A DNA stretch of 64,000 bases from Eledone cirrhosa (taxonomy: Eukaryota). Shown here piece after piece: positions 11,327 through 23,999 of this stretch; position 1 is the stretch's first letter, and each line of letters starts with the position of its first letter. The stretch spans positions 366,482,001 to 366,546,000 of the forward strand of contig OZ024740.1 in NCBI GenBank assembly GCA_964016885.1, given 5' to 3'. The position numbers were made by a program, and so were the translations under genes. The notes under the pieces are model-generated. The model was not told the origin of the DNA. It was given only the letters and a program-made list of their open reading frames with translations, and ran no database searches.

Positions 11327-12639
11327 TTATATTGAACAATTTCTACTGGTTCTTCAAATCCCTCAAGATTGTCAATAAATTGATGGCAGTTTATTCCAAA
11401 TTTTTTTCATAGTTTTCTCTGTAACTTTGTAACAGTCTCTTTTGTTTTTCCCTCCCTTACTAATAGCATTTATTAACTGATGAAATGTGTGCCAAAGATA
11501 ATATGCTTTGAATGCTGCAATAATGCTTTGATCTATTAGTTACAAAAGTAGCATTGTATTTGGCAGCATAAACATTAATCTAACATTTGGATGGTGTTGT
11601 TGTTGAGATTGTGGATGACAAGATGCATTATTTATGACCTGTAGCACAGTAAACGGAATAGTTTTGCCTTTCATCCCACTAGGCATGTATTGGGGGTGAA
11701 TTCAATTGATTGCAACAGAGCTTACATTAACATTTCTTAGTTCAAATCAACTTTGGTAAACTTTGCCTTTCATCATTTCAAGGTTGATGAAATAAAGTAC
11801 CAGTCAAGTACTGTGGTTGATATATTTGACTTTCCCCTTACCTCAAATTACTGGTTTTGTGCTAATGTTAGAAAGAATTAATATTGACTATCATAGCAAA
11901 TGGATGTGTTTTATTAGTTCTGATTTTTATATTGTTTATGGACTATAAAATGAGAAATTTTCCTTGGTGTATTTAAACATTTTAAAGTCTGTCACAAAAT
12001 ATGTATGTATGTATGGCCCCGTAACTCCTGATAGAGTCATAGGAGCGCTGTATTGACAGGCAGCATTTGTTGGGCATTTTAAGCCTGGCAAAGCCCATTC
12101 CTCTCCAGGGCTGAGTATAGCAGATTTCTTCCAGAGAAAGATAGAAAGTGAGAGAGAGGAAATTGAGAAAGAAATATAGAGTAAGAATCAACCCAAGTAC
12201 TAGACTGGTACTTTTTTTATTGACCTTGAAAGGATGAAAGGCAAAGTTGACTTCAGCGGGAGTTGAACTCAGAGAGCAGAGAGCTGGAATGAATACCATA
12301 AAGCATTCTATCCAACGTTCTAATGACTCTATCACAAAATATGGCAAACCTCAAAATTTTATCTGTTTAGATATTTTTGCAAACATGGCCATGCGTAACA
12401 CATCCTAAGAAGTTGGGTGGATGGAATGACACAGTTCCTAAGCATATTACAAAATAAATAAATGAAAATAGTAATTTAATTGCACAGAAAGTTACTAATA
12501 TTGAATTTGAAGAAAAAAAAACAATAATTATTTTCTGGTTAAAAATGCCAGTTTAACAGTCCCATGTAGCTGAGGCACAGCACATCAGCAAAACCACAAT
12601 TCAGTCTTTGATGTACCAAGGCAAGCATGTATTGGTCGA

Positions 12640-13187
12640 TTCCATGCACTTTCCATGATTGTTTGAGGAGAGCAGGTTTCAGAGACTGTCATGGGCTTCA
12701 GTTCCTGGGTGACTCTCAATGACTAATGTAGAGTTCTGCGAAAAGCTAATAACAGCAGCCAAAATTTAGGAAGCCCTGGTCGACTGTATGAAGGGGAAAT
12801 TGTTTCATTTGGATGGTCTGCCCTATGAGTTTTACATAAATATACCAGACTTGTTCTCTAATTTCCTCAAAGTTATCTACTGCAACTGGCAGCAGAACAG
12901 GAGAATTCCCATTTCTATGCGTAAGCTGGATAGTTTGGAGAGAAGAGGGGCAACCTCCTAGGGTGCTCTTGGAGAGTAGGGTGGTTTAGAATTGGTGATG
13001 TTCCTGAGTCACCCGTTAGTGGTGCTCCTCCCTATTGGGGTTTTTCATTGTTATAATGTTATTGTTATTTATTATCTGTTATCGTCTTTTTACTCTATTT
13101 AATTGTAAGATCCCACTGTCCATGTCTTTAGTATTGTCCCCTATATGTCAGCCCTTGTGGAGGCCAATAAAGAAATTATTATTATTA
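12640..13187 (+). mobile_element. Degenerate, internally deleted L1/Tx1-like LINE remnant
   Basis: 12809-12835 translates LDGLPYEFY (L1/Tx1 RT N-terminal motif). The 3' end ggccaataaagaa(att)n is shared with 15340-15387. Confidence 0.55.
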
Positions 13188-13189
13188 AA

Positions 13190-13720
13190 AGGCAATGGTT
13201 TGGCAGTATTGGTAAAGCATTGGACAACATGCTTTGCAACATATACGGGGTCTATAAAATAAAGTACCAGTAATGCACTGAAGTCGATTTAAAAGTCTTT
13301 CCCCTACCCAACAAAAATTGCTGACCTTGTGCCTAAATCAGAAACCATTATTATTATTACTATTAAAGGGCGGTAGATTGGCACTATCAATTGAACGCCA
13401 ATGTTAGCTTTGCCTTTCATCTTTACGGGGTCGATAAAAAAAAGTACCAGTAATGCACTGGAGTCAATTTAATGGACTTTCCCCTCCACCAAAATTGCTG
13501 GCCTTGTGCCTAAAGTAGAAATTATTATTAAAGGGCAAAAATAGATTGGCAGTATTGGTGGAACATTGAAAAACATGCTTTGCAGCATATAAGTCTGTCC
13601 ATTTACATCCTTAAGGGGTCTATGAAATAAAGTACCAGTAATGCACTGGGATTGATTTAATCATCTTTCCCCTCCCTCCAAATTCTTGGACTTGTGCCTA
13701 AATCAGAAACCATTATTATT
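13190..13720 (+). mobile_element. Three tandem partial Nin-domain-type SINEs
   Basis: Three occurrences of ggggtc..taaaataaagtaccagtaatgcactg...ttgtgcctaaa..gaaa(att)n. Confidence 0.75.
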
Positions 13721-14075
13721 AATATTACTATTATAGTTTTTGCATTGCTTAAGACTGGATCTTTGCCACTTTTCTAGCAATAACATATGGCAATTCTTCC
13801 CAGGCCTTTAAATGAAGATAGTTCTTCAAGAATAGTCACCAGAATTGGCAAGTTTGTGATGGATTGTGTTAGTATGAATCATATTGGAAATAGAAATTGT
13901 AGTGGTGTATGTCATACTGTAAGGCAGTGGGTTAGCAGAATCATATATGTTGAGTTATTTGTTCTCATTCTTTACATTTTGAGTTCAAATCTCATGGGAA
14001 CCATGTTTGTCTTTAATCCTTCTTGCAGTGTTGAGGGGGTGGTTGGTTGATAAAATAGACTACTTGTCTATTGTG

Positions 14076-14267
14076 GTGGATTGATAGAATAGTGGATTGA
14101 CAGAATAGTGGATTGACAGAATAGTGGATTGACAGAATAGTGGATTGATAGAATAGTGGATTGACAGAATGGTGGATTGACAGAATGGTAGATTGACGGA
14201 ATAGTGGATTGACAGAATGGTGGATTGACAGAATAGTGGATTAACAGAATAGTGGATTGATAGAATT
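14076..14267. repeat. 16-bp minisatellite (~12 copies)
   Basis: Unit gtggattgacagaata, resembling the SINE 5' start gtggattggcagaat at 17073. Confidence 0.9.
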
Positions 14268-14959
14268 GTGAGGCCATTAGATTTATGGCATTTATTCCTC
14301 CTGTTTGACAGTGATAACCAAACTGTATCAATACTTTCCTTCCCTTTGGACAACATCGCTAGCATGAAGAGGGCAGATTTCCATAAAAAAAGGCGACCTT
14401 AATCTGGCCTCTGCCCTGGAAAAGAAATGTCCATGTGCAAGTACATGCTGAACCATGACTGACAGAAGTCTTATATCGTGCAGTGAGTAAATTAATTATT
14501 TTTACTAGTTATTTATAGGATGAACATCTCAGACTGTTGAGGTTAATGTGGTTGATGTTCAATTTGAGATTCTGTTGGTCAAAATATTGAGTCACAGAGG
14601 AGAAATTTCTAGAAGGATTGTCCAAAGCATTTAGTGTAGGATCTGGTGAGTCAGAGACATTGTAGGAATTATAAGAAAATGAGATGTGTGTATGTTAGGT
14701 GGATCAGGGTGAAGGGAGTATACAGCTTGCTAGTCCAGTGGAGCTACAATCAAAGGCTGCCCAGGGTGGCACACACTCTAGCTATGCCATTGAACAGGAA
14801 TACTCAGCCATTTACGTGCTAACTTAGAGAGAAAGCCACCATATTGATTGAACACCTAGAATGCTCATCGTTGCAGCTGATGGTGGTCCATTACTTTAAT
14901 CTGTAGATATTTCTGTGTGAACACTATAACCCTGATTGATGGAATGCAAAATAAGTATC

Positions 14960-15173
14960 AACCCTTTAGTTCTTACATGGCCCTATATTTACTATTATAT
15001 TTTCACAGTAAAGGCTGTACCTCACATAATATCAAATCTATGAGATTTTCATATTATTTATTTTGAGAACAAGGCCTTAACATCAGTATGAGCAGTTGGA
15101 TACCACTGGTTTGAATAGAAATATGTGAGAGAATTCTGGTTGGATACAGCCGGTTTAAATGCTAAAGTGTTAA
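14960..15173. mobile_element. Possible piggyBac-type MITE
   Basis: Imperfect termini aaccctttag / ctaaagtgttaa with TTAA at the right end. Confidence 0.3.
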
Positions 15174-15387
15174 TGCTGAGTAACATTTATATTGCATATA
15201 TCTTTCAGTAGTTGCTATTGTTGTAATTATTGACAACGAATGGAAGGAATGAGTATGGAGGTGCAATATTTTCTGTTTCTTGCTGTCTTGTTTTGATTAT
15301 CATTATTATCATTGCCTTGTAACATCTTTAATGTTTCCTTAATGTGAGCCCTGTGTGGCCAATAAAGAAATTATTATTATTATTATT

Positions 15388-17031
15388 GTTCTTTGAGTCT
15401 CAGTCAATGATATAATTTAACAGGAATGTTTGTTGAAATGAATATCAAGCCACTACCTGCAGCCTCAGATATTCAGGACGTATCGGAGGGTTCTTGCTGT
15501 TCTCAGCAAGCATGCCTTTTGAAGTGTTCCAAAAAGCGGGGCTGGACTAACTTTCTTTAACCATCATTGGAAACTCTTTGAGATAGTACCTAGTGCGCCT
15601 ATGACAATCGGGACCACTTTGACCTCATGGCAGTTCCAAATCCTTTTTACCTTCCACTTTAAGTCTTGGTATCGGTTAATTTTCTCCCTCTCCTTCTCTT
15701 GCACTCTCATGTCAAATGGGCAGGCTACATCCACAATCAGGCACGATCTTTCTCTCTTGTCCAAAACCACCAGGTCAGGTCTATTGTGTTCCAGTTTCTT
15801 GTCCGTCTGTATCCTAAAATCCCACAGCACCTTCACCTGATCGTTTTTCATCACCAACTCTGGCTTATGCTCATACCACTTCTCAGAATGTGGTAAATTG
15901 ATTACTTTGCATAGGTGCCAGTGGATCACCCTGCCCATCACATCATGTCTCCAGCCTTTATAGTGAGTCTGGGCTAGGTGTTTACACTCGGATACAATGT
16001 GAGCCACAGTCTCCTCTCTCTCTCCACAGATCCTACACAGTGGGCTAGCCTCCTCCTTGAAAATATGGTGTTTCAGCCACTTCATTTTGAGGGCCTGCTC
16101 TTGCGCAGCCATTAGCATTCCTTCTGTAGCCTTTTTAAGGTCTCCTCTTTTCAACCAGTTCCATGTCTGTGGATCTCTAAATTCAGTTTTCTCAAAGAAG
16201 GTACTATGAAGGGATTTTTCATGAAGGCTGCTCTTTCTCCTTGTTGTTATTTCCTCCTTGGACATCCCCTGGTCTATTGTCCTCTCCTTCAGTACAATTC
16301 TGAGCATTGGCTCCCTACTATCAGTCACGTATTTGTGTAGGTTGTTTTTCTCCATCTGAACACAGTCCTCTATGCTGATAAGACCTCTTCCACCTTCAGA
16401 TCTCCTTAAGTAGACTCTATTGACATCACTCCTCTTGTGGAACATGTTGTAGATAGTCAATAGCTTCCTAGCCTTCCTATCCATTTCTTTTTGTTCAGCA
16501 ACATTCCATCTCAGAATTCCCATAATAATAGACACAGCTCGGAAATTTACTGCACTTATGGCATTCCTACTGTTCAGATGTGACTTTAATACGCTCCTTA
16601 CTCTCCGAATGTATTCAGATCTTATCAATTCCTTCATTTTTTTGTTCTTGATGTCATCAGCCTCCAGAACACCTAAATATTTGTATCCTTCTTCAGTATC
16701 AATTTCCTTTATCATCTCACCTTTTGGTACCTGGATTCCGTTGCTTCTGCTCAATTTACCCCTCTTCATCACAAGGACTCCACACTTACTAATACCAAAT
16801 TGCATACATATATCATTGCTGAAAATACGGACAGTGTCAACAAGCACATCCAACTCCTCACTCTTCCAGAAGAGCTTAAGATCGTCCATGAAGAGGAGGT
16901 GATTGATGGTAAGCCCTCCCTTTCTCAACTTGTATCCTGCTCTCACTTTTCGCAGTATAATGGTCAGGGGGATCAGGCCAAGGACAAACAACAGAGGGGA
17001 CAAACTATCTCCCTGGAAGATACCTCTCTTT
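15388..17031 (-). mobile_element. 5'-truncated R4/Dong-like non-LTR retrotransposon (RT, CCHC knuckle, restriction-like endonuclease)
   Basis: RGIFQGDSLSP, HLLFMDDLKL, YKYLG, CRICGEREETVAHIVSEC, RHD, RPDLVV..IVDVACP..EKINRY. After a premature stop at 15564 the frame continues to 15465 (LQKACLLRTARTLRYVL). (TAA)n at both ends. Confidence 0.88.
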
Positions 17032-17035
17032 ATTA

Positions 17036-17067
<32 letters not shown>

Positions 17068-17069
17068 GT

Positions 17070-17480
17070 GTGGTGGATTGGCAGAATCGGTAGAGTGTCG
17101 GACACCCTGCTTCGTGGCATAGAGTTTCGGCCCTCTACGTTCTGAGTTCAAATTCTGCCAAGGTTAATTTTGCTTTTCATCCTTACGGGGTCAATAAAAT
17201 AAAGTACTAGTCACGCACTGGGGTCGATTTAATCGACTTTCCCCTACCCGCAAAATTGCTGGCCTTGTGCCTATATAAGAAACAATTATTATTATTATTG
17301 TTGCTGTGTGGTGGATTGGCAGAATCAGTAGAGTTTCGGCCCTTTACGTTCTGAGTTCAAATCCTGTTGAGGCTGGCTTTGCCTTTCATCCTTACGGGTG
17401 TCGATAAAAAAGTACCAGTAATGCACTGAGATAATTGCTGGCCTTGTGCCAAAAGTAGAAACAATTATTGTTATTATTAT
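17070..17480 (+). mobile_element. Two tandem Nin-domain-type tRNA-derived SINEs with (ATT)n tails
   Basis: tggcagaatcggtagag (A box), gagttcaaatt (B box), gcctttcatccttacggg..gtcgataaaa..agtacc (Nin/Deu-like domain). Confidence 0.8.
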
Positions 17481-17644
17481 TTATTTATCTATTGATTGGT
17501 TGATTAGTTTGTTTTATTGCTTTCTTCATTTTCATATGTACTAAATAGCTTTCTTTGTGAAATGTTATTTACAAAAATAAGTAGGTGTATAGTTGTTATT
17601 CAATTGTGTTCCAATAATGTTAACTTAGAACTTTATACGAAAGA

Positions 17645-18282
17645 TACAGACACACACTGACACACACTGACACACACACACTGACACACACACAGACACA
17701 CACACTGACGCACACACAGACACACACACAGGCACACACACATACACACAGGCACACACACACATACACAAGCACACATGTACACACAAACGCAGACACA
17801 CATACACACATACACATACATACACAAACACACAGGCACACATACATACACTCATACAAACACACATAGACACTAACACACACACATATACACAGACACA
17901 CACACACACACATACACTGACACACATACACAAGCACACAGACACCCATACACACATACACATACACACACACCTACACAAATACACACATACACAAAGA
18001 CACACACAGAAACACACATACACAAACACAAGCACACAGACACACACACAGACACAAACACACACACACAAACACACAGACACAAATACACAAAGAGACA
18101 CACATACACAGACTCATACATACACAAACACATAGACACAGAAGCATGCATATCCACACATGCACACACATACATAAACATATACAGACACACACATGTA
18201 GACACATATGTACAAAAACACATATACACACATACACACATACTCACACATACACACACACACAAACAGACACATACACATA
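17645..18282. repeat. Degenerate (CA)n-rich microsatellite
   Basis: Seen directly. Confidence 0.95.
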
Positions 18283-18426
18283 GAAATTACTTATCATTTC
18301 TTATTATTTCTTACCAATTCTTGATGGAACTCTCTTTTGTTTTTATTTTTCTTTAGTTTATTTTCAAATTTATTTTTATTTATTTCATTCCTTTTTTTCC
18401 CACAACTTTTTTCATTCTTTAGGTAG

Positions 18427-19150
18427 ACAACAACAACAACAACATCAACTACAACTACTACTACAACTACTACTACTACTACAACAACAAACAATAACAA
18501 CTACCATTACAACAACAACAACAACAACAGCAACTACTACTACAACTACTACTACTACAACAGCAGCAACTACTAGTACTACTACAACAACAAACAATAA
18601 CAACTACCATTACAACAACAACAACAACAGCAACTACTACTACAACTACTACTACTACAACAGCAGCAACTACAACTACTACTACAACAACAAACAATAA
18701 CAACTACCATTACAACAACAACAACAACAACAGCAACTACTACTACAACTGCTACTACTACAACAGCAGCAACTACTACTACTACTACTACTACTACAAA
18801 CAATAACAACTACTATTACAACAACAACAACAACAACACCAAATACAACTACTACTACAACAACAAACAATAACAACTACTATTACAACAACAACTACTA
18901 CAACTAAAACAATACCAGCAAGAATATTAGTAACTACTACAACAACAATAACAACAACACCAGCAACAATATCAGTGACTACAACAACAACAACAATAAC
19001 AACAACACCAGCAACAATATCAGTGACTACTACAACAACAACAACAACAACAACAACACCTACAACATCAATAACAACAACACCAGCAAGACTATCAATG
19101 ACTTCTACAACAATCACTACCACCACAACAACAACAATAACAACTACCAT
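18427..19150. repeat. Compound (ACA)n/(ACT)n repeat with ~100-bp super-period
   Basis: caacaaacaataacaactaccattacaac recurs at ~18485, ~18590, ~18690, with variants at ~18800 and ~18865. Confidence 0.85.
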
Positions 19151-19569
19151 ATATAAAAATGTAATCGATTACAATTGTTGAAGACTGATGTAATATTTTT
19201 CACTTTGTAGACATTTCTAATTGTTGTTATTTTCATTGTTTTCACTAGTGTTGTTGTTTTTTGTTGCTATTGTTGTTGTTTTTTAGTGTTTTCTTCATGT
19301 CCTTTGATGATGTTTTATCTATTTTATTTTATTTTATATTTATTATTTAGAAAACAGTATTTTTTATTTAGGGAATTAACTTGGCTATTTTGATGTCTTG
19401 TTTTTTTGTGTAATTATTCTTTTTATTTGCTATGACAGTGAGTTTGTTTCTTATATAATGTAGAATGCTTGGAAAAGAATTCCAATGAAGGCAATGCTGA
19501 AGAAAAATATTTCTCGTCTACTCATCTACTTCAGTCACCATAAAGCAGTGGTAGCAAGGGTTTGGGGAA

Positions 19570-20012
19570 GGTTGGTGTGGAAGAAGGTCAGATATATCTT
19601 GCCTTGAGACAATGTATATTTCAATGTAGAAAGAATATGATTGTGAATACAAGTGGCCAAAATGGGGTTACTCCGAAGGGTCTTTGGAGTAACGTTACTT
19701 GATAGAGTGCATAGCTTGGAGATCAGAGAGTCACTCCAGGTAGAGCCGTGACTTCTCTGAATTAAGAGATCACAGCTCTGATACTATGGGCATGTGGTTA
19801 AAATGTCTCAGGAAAGAATTGATGGACAGATTTTACGGACAAAGCCAACCAGCAGGAGACTCAAGGGAAGATCCTGAGCAAGAAAGATGGTTGATAACAT
19901 CCATGAGTTTGGTTGGTCTTGATTGGGGATCCAGCTGGACCAGTTGGAGGCAATTGATTCTGACAGGACCTGCTGGAAGGAGTATCTGAGGACTTGCTTC
20001 CACGACCCTTGC
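19570..20012 (-). pseudogene. Possible degenerate RLE-type (HERO-like) non-LTR fragment
   Basis: Minus-strand HILSTLKYTLSQGKIY resembles HILSxCxxxLxQGRY. Weak support; abuts (GAA)n. Confidence 0.3.
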
Positions 20013-20364
20013 AAGAAGAAGAAGAAGAAGAAGAAGAAGAAGAAGAAGAAGAAGAAGAGTGTAGAAAATAATGTGTGTATTCTATTGTAGCACCAATGTA
20101 AGGGATGATATCATGTCTTTGATATGACTGACAATTCTTTTAACCCTTTGTTCAGCAGGTTTCCTACAACTGGTATGTCATGGAAGTTTATATTTTTGTC
20201 TTTCTAGGTTCATATATGGTTCATTAAATCCATAGAGATTCTCATATGTTAATGCTAGAAAGACAAGATATGTAAGTGGTACATCTGTTAGAGGGCTAGA
20301 GCAATGCAATTACGACATTAAATGTTAAAACTACTGACAACAAAGTTGTTGGAATATTACCTGA

Positions 20365-20610
20365 GGAGTCGTGGGTTCGATTGTTGGGCTGGGTTGCATG
20401 TTGTATTCTTGTGCAAAACACTTCATTTCATGTTGCTCCAGTATACTCAGATAAAGATGAGTACCAGCAATAGCTGGGGGTTTAACCGTGTGATGGATTG
20501 GCATCCTGTGCAGAGGAAAGTCTTGTACTCTCAGTCACTTCATGCCATGAAACCAAGATAAGAACTGGCCCAAGAAGCCTTCTAGCTTAAGACAGAATTT
20601 AGACTTTAGT
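20365..20610 (+). mobile_element. CORE-like SINE, different 3' part
   Basis: gtgggttcgatt (B box), cttgtgcaaaacactt..ttgctccagt..actcag, gtgatggattggcatcctgt. Confidence 0.55.
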
Positions 20611-21359
20611 GTTTTAGAAGTCCTTAATATTTTTGGCTAAAATCCCTTCATCAAAAGAAGAATTGAGGAAACTAAGCTGGAGTGTTGCTTTTATGTTGGC
20701 ATTTGTTATTTCTAATTTTAACATTTAATATTCTGTTTGCATCTAAAAAAAAATCAACTATTTTTTACATTTTCCACAAAGCTTCAAACAAACTGCAATA
20801 TCCTCTTATATATGTCAGTGTTTGGTAATTGCAGAGTTTATTAATTACCTATCAGTAATATAGTGTCTACCAAACAGAAATGATTTTAATTACTCATTGT
20901 ATCAAAGCTATTATTGGACAGGTGGAATTAAGTGTTTCAGTGTAACATGCCACCATCACAATGTACCTTTTATCAATTTTAACCAAATATCAATACACAT
21001 TATCATCCTACAGGGTTTAAATAAGTGGAATTATGTTTGATATGTTAGGTCATTGTGGTGGTGTCATGAAAAACAAACGTAGTATGGGTTGTGACATGGC
21101 ATTAGAAACCATGCCAAAATGGAACATATGAGCAAGACATGTTCGTCTGACCTGTTTAGTCTCAGATCATGATAACTCATCTAACCTATGCAAGCATGGG
21201 AAATAGATGTAAAACGTTGGTGACAATGTTGATGATCATGATGATCGTACTATAAGTGAACATTTACAAGATATTCCAAAGAGTCTACATTTAAGTATCC
21301 TAGAATGGATATAGATAAGGAGAAGGGCAGATTATATGATACATGTGTTCAAACTGCAA

Positions 21360-21740
21360 TATTTCAAGGCAACAAAGCATGGGCCTTGAGTGCAGAAGAT
21401 TGGCTGAGGCAAAAAGGAGATTGGGCATGCATGCTTTACTGGATGCATAATGTTAGTGTGCTATGGTTGATAGAGCAAAGGTGAACTAAATGAGAAATTG
21501 AGTATAAGAGGAATTGAATGTAGCATGTAAGAAAAATGATTGCAGTAGTATGGTCATGTGATGCATAAGGTGAGTAAGAGTTGTATAAAAAACGTGATGG
21601 GCACTTGAAGTAGACAGAGAGAGACCAAGGAAGACATGGGACAAAGTTGTGAAGAATTACCTAAAAAACAACTAAACTGCACAAAGGAGATGACACAAAA
21701 TTGAGCCAACTGGTGATATGCCATAATAAAGTACAAGCAC
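21360..21740 (+). pseudogene. Degenerate RTE LINE C-terminal fragment
   Basis: Decayed matches to ASMLRWM, IRGIECS, YGHVM, RPRKTW. Confidence 0.55.
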
Positions 21741-22612
21741 TGCAACACTAAAAGTAAATCTGAGTAGAGACTAGAGGCTACAGTGTTTGGTAATGTAATA
21801 GAGAAAAACAGGGTCTGAGTAAACTCTTCAGCCTGGATGGGCATGAAACAACTTCTCTAGTGCTGGTGTCATGAAAAAAAGCACGCAGTACATGCTGTAA
21901 GGAGGTAGATATTAGGAAGGGCATCCAGCCATAGAAATCATGCCAAATATGAAATGTATGAGAAAGGTGAGGTAGCTTCAATTTGTCTGCTTTTGGATCA
22001 TGACAGCCTGGCCAATATGGAAATTGGGCATAAAAATGATACACAACTCATACACACACATGACATAAACACAAATATATGATGAGTAATCATGCAGGCT
22101 TACACATATGCACAAATAGATACACAAACACCCATGTTCTAGGGAGACGTGCCAACTCATAACATGGGTATAGATACATATACATATGTACATGCTAACT
22201 CACATATTTACAAATCCCAAGAACTGTTTTGACTCAAAAACCCTTGTCACTTTGTTAATGACTGGCTTGAATTCTGCAATGAACTTAAATCAATTTAACA
22301 GAAAAACCTATCTACCTACCTACACACACATACATATATATACACACAAAATACATATATACATATATAGATACATGCATACACACATGCATACATATGT
22401 ACCTACATACATACATACATCCATACATACACATACTGTTTGGTTGATACAGAAATAGAGAAATAGACTGGTATTTTGATAGGTGGATATATTGAAATAG
22501 CTTTAGAGGCATATAGGTAGTTAATTAACCTTATGAGCTAATTAGATAAACTAATATACACACAAATCAGACAGACATATACATATAAATAGACTGAACT
22601 AGAATTTAAAAA

Positions 22613-22860
<248 letters not shown>

Positions 22861-23925
22861 TCTACTTATATATATAACCAGCAATTTCTCTGTCTGTCTG
22901 TCCGACAGTGGAAACACGTGCGTAGAGAGAGAGTGAGAGTGAAAGAAAGAGACAGACTACGAGAGGGGGCTAGCGGGAGGGAGAGAGGGAGAGAGAGAGA
23001 GTGAATAGCCGCTAAAACACGTGCTACAGAAACATTACCTTCCCCTCTCCACTGACTTTGGTCACTGAGGCCGAGGGAATAGCGCTGAGCGCGTCATAAC
23101 GACGTAATGCAGACAGCCAGACATACAGACAGATATTATAAGGGCGCAACGTTATATCTATGTATCTATCTAAAAAGAAAGACTAAGAATTATATAGAGA
23201 GAACGCTAAATCGTCTAATGCGGTCCCTAGGGCATTGAACATTTGAAATAAATTTTGCTCAAAACACTCACAGGACCATAAGTATTACATGTCTAAAGTT
23301 TGAAAACAATCGGTTGGATGGTTCTCAAGTTTTAGTGAGCTGACAGACAGACAGACATTCTCTATTTTAGATATATAGACTAGCAGAAAACCGCCCCCCG
23401 GTGGTTTTCTGCTAGTCTATATATATAAAACTGAGGATGTCTGTGTGTGTGTGAGTTTAAATCCTTAAAACTAGAGAAGCACCCAACTGACTGTTTTCAA
23501 ACTTTACACATGTAATACTTATGTTTCAGGGAGTGTTCTGAGCCAAAATAATTTCAAATTTTCAATGCTCTAGGGACCGCATTAGCCGATTTAGCGATCT
23601 CTCTCTATAATTCTTAGTCTTTCTCTTTTTAGATAGATACATACTTATAACGTTGCGCCCTTATAATATCTGTCTGTATGTCTGGCTGTCTGCTGCCTCC
23701 AGTTATTCTGCCACCCTTGCTCAAGACAAATCTCACACTCATCCCCAAACAGTTGGTAAGTGCACACAACTGCTTCCTCACGTTTTAAGCCACAGTGTTG
23801 CTTACTTACGTACCACCAGACCCTTACTTCTTTGCCAGCCGTGGTTGTGGCAATACTACGCTTAGCTAAGGCGGTTATATATTTCACAATACCTTATCCT
23901 GTGCAACGCCGGGTACCACTGCTAG
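22861..23925 (+). mobile_element. Non-autonomous Helitron-like element with an internal ~585-bp palindrome
   Basis: 5' end A|TCTACTTATATATATAA; 3' end cctgtgcaacgccggg...CTAG|T; no TSD. Internal inverted arms 23109-~23394 / ~23400-23693. Confidence 0.7.
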
Positions 23926-23999
23926 TATATTATATATATATATATATATACGCTCTCTATACATAACTCTACACACAGTACCCGGTTTCTTTAGACACT

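Noticed and set aside
17032-17120. N-terminus of the 518-aa ORF (MPRSRV...IIIII)
   Set aside because: Read-through from the antisense SINE head and (TAA)n; not part of the retrotransposon protein.
17620-19181. CV-, V- and T-rich ORFs
   Set aside because: Microsatellite translations.
19463-19545. Possible host exon after tgtag
   Set aside because: Short, with no recognisable homology or supporting neighbouring exons.
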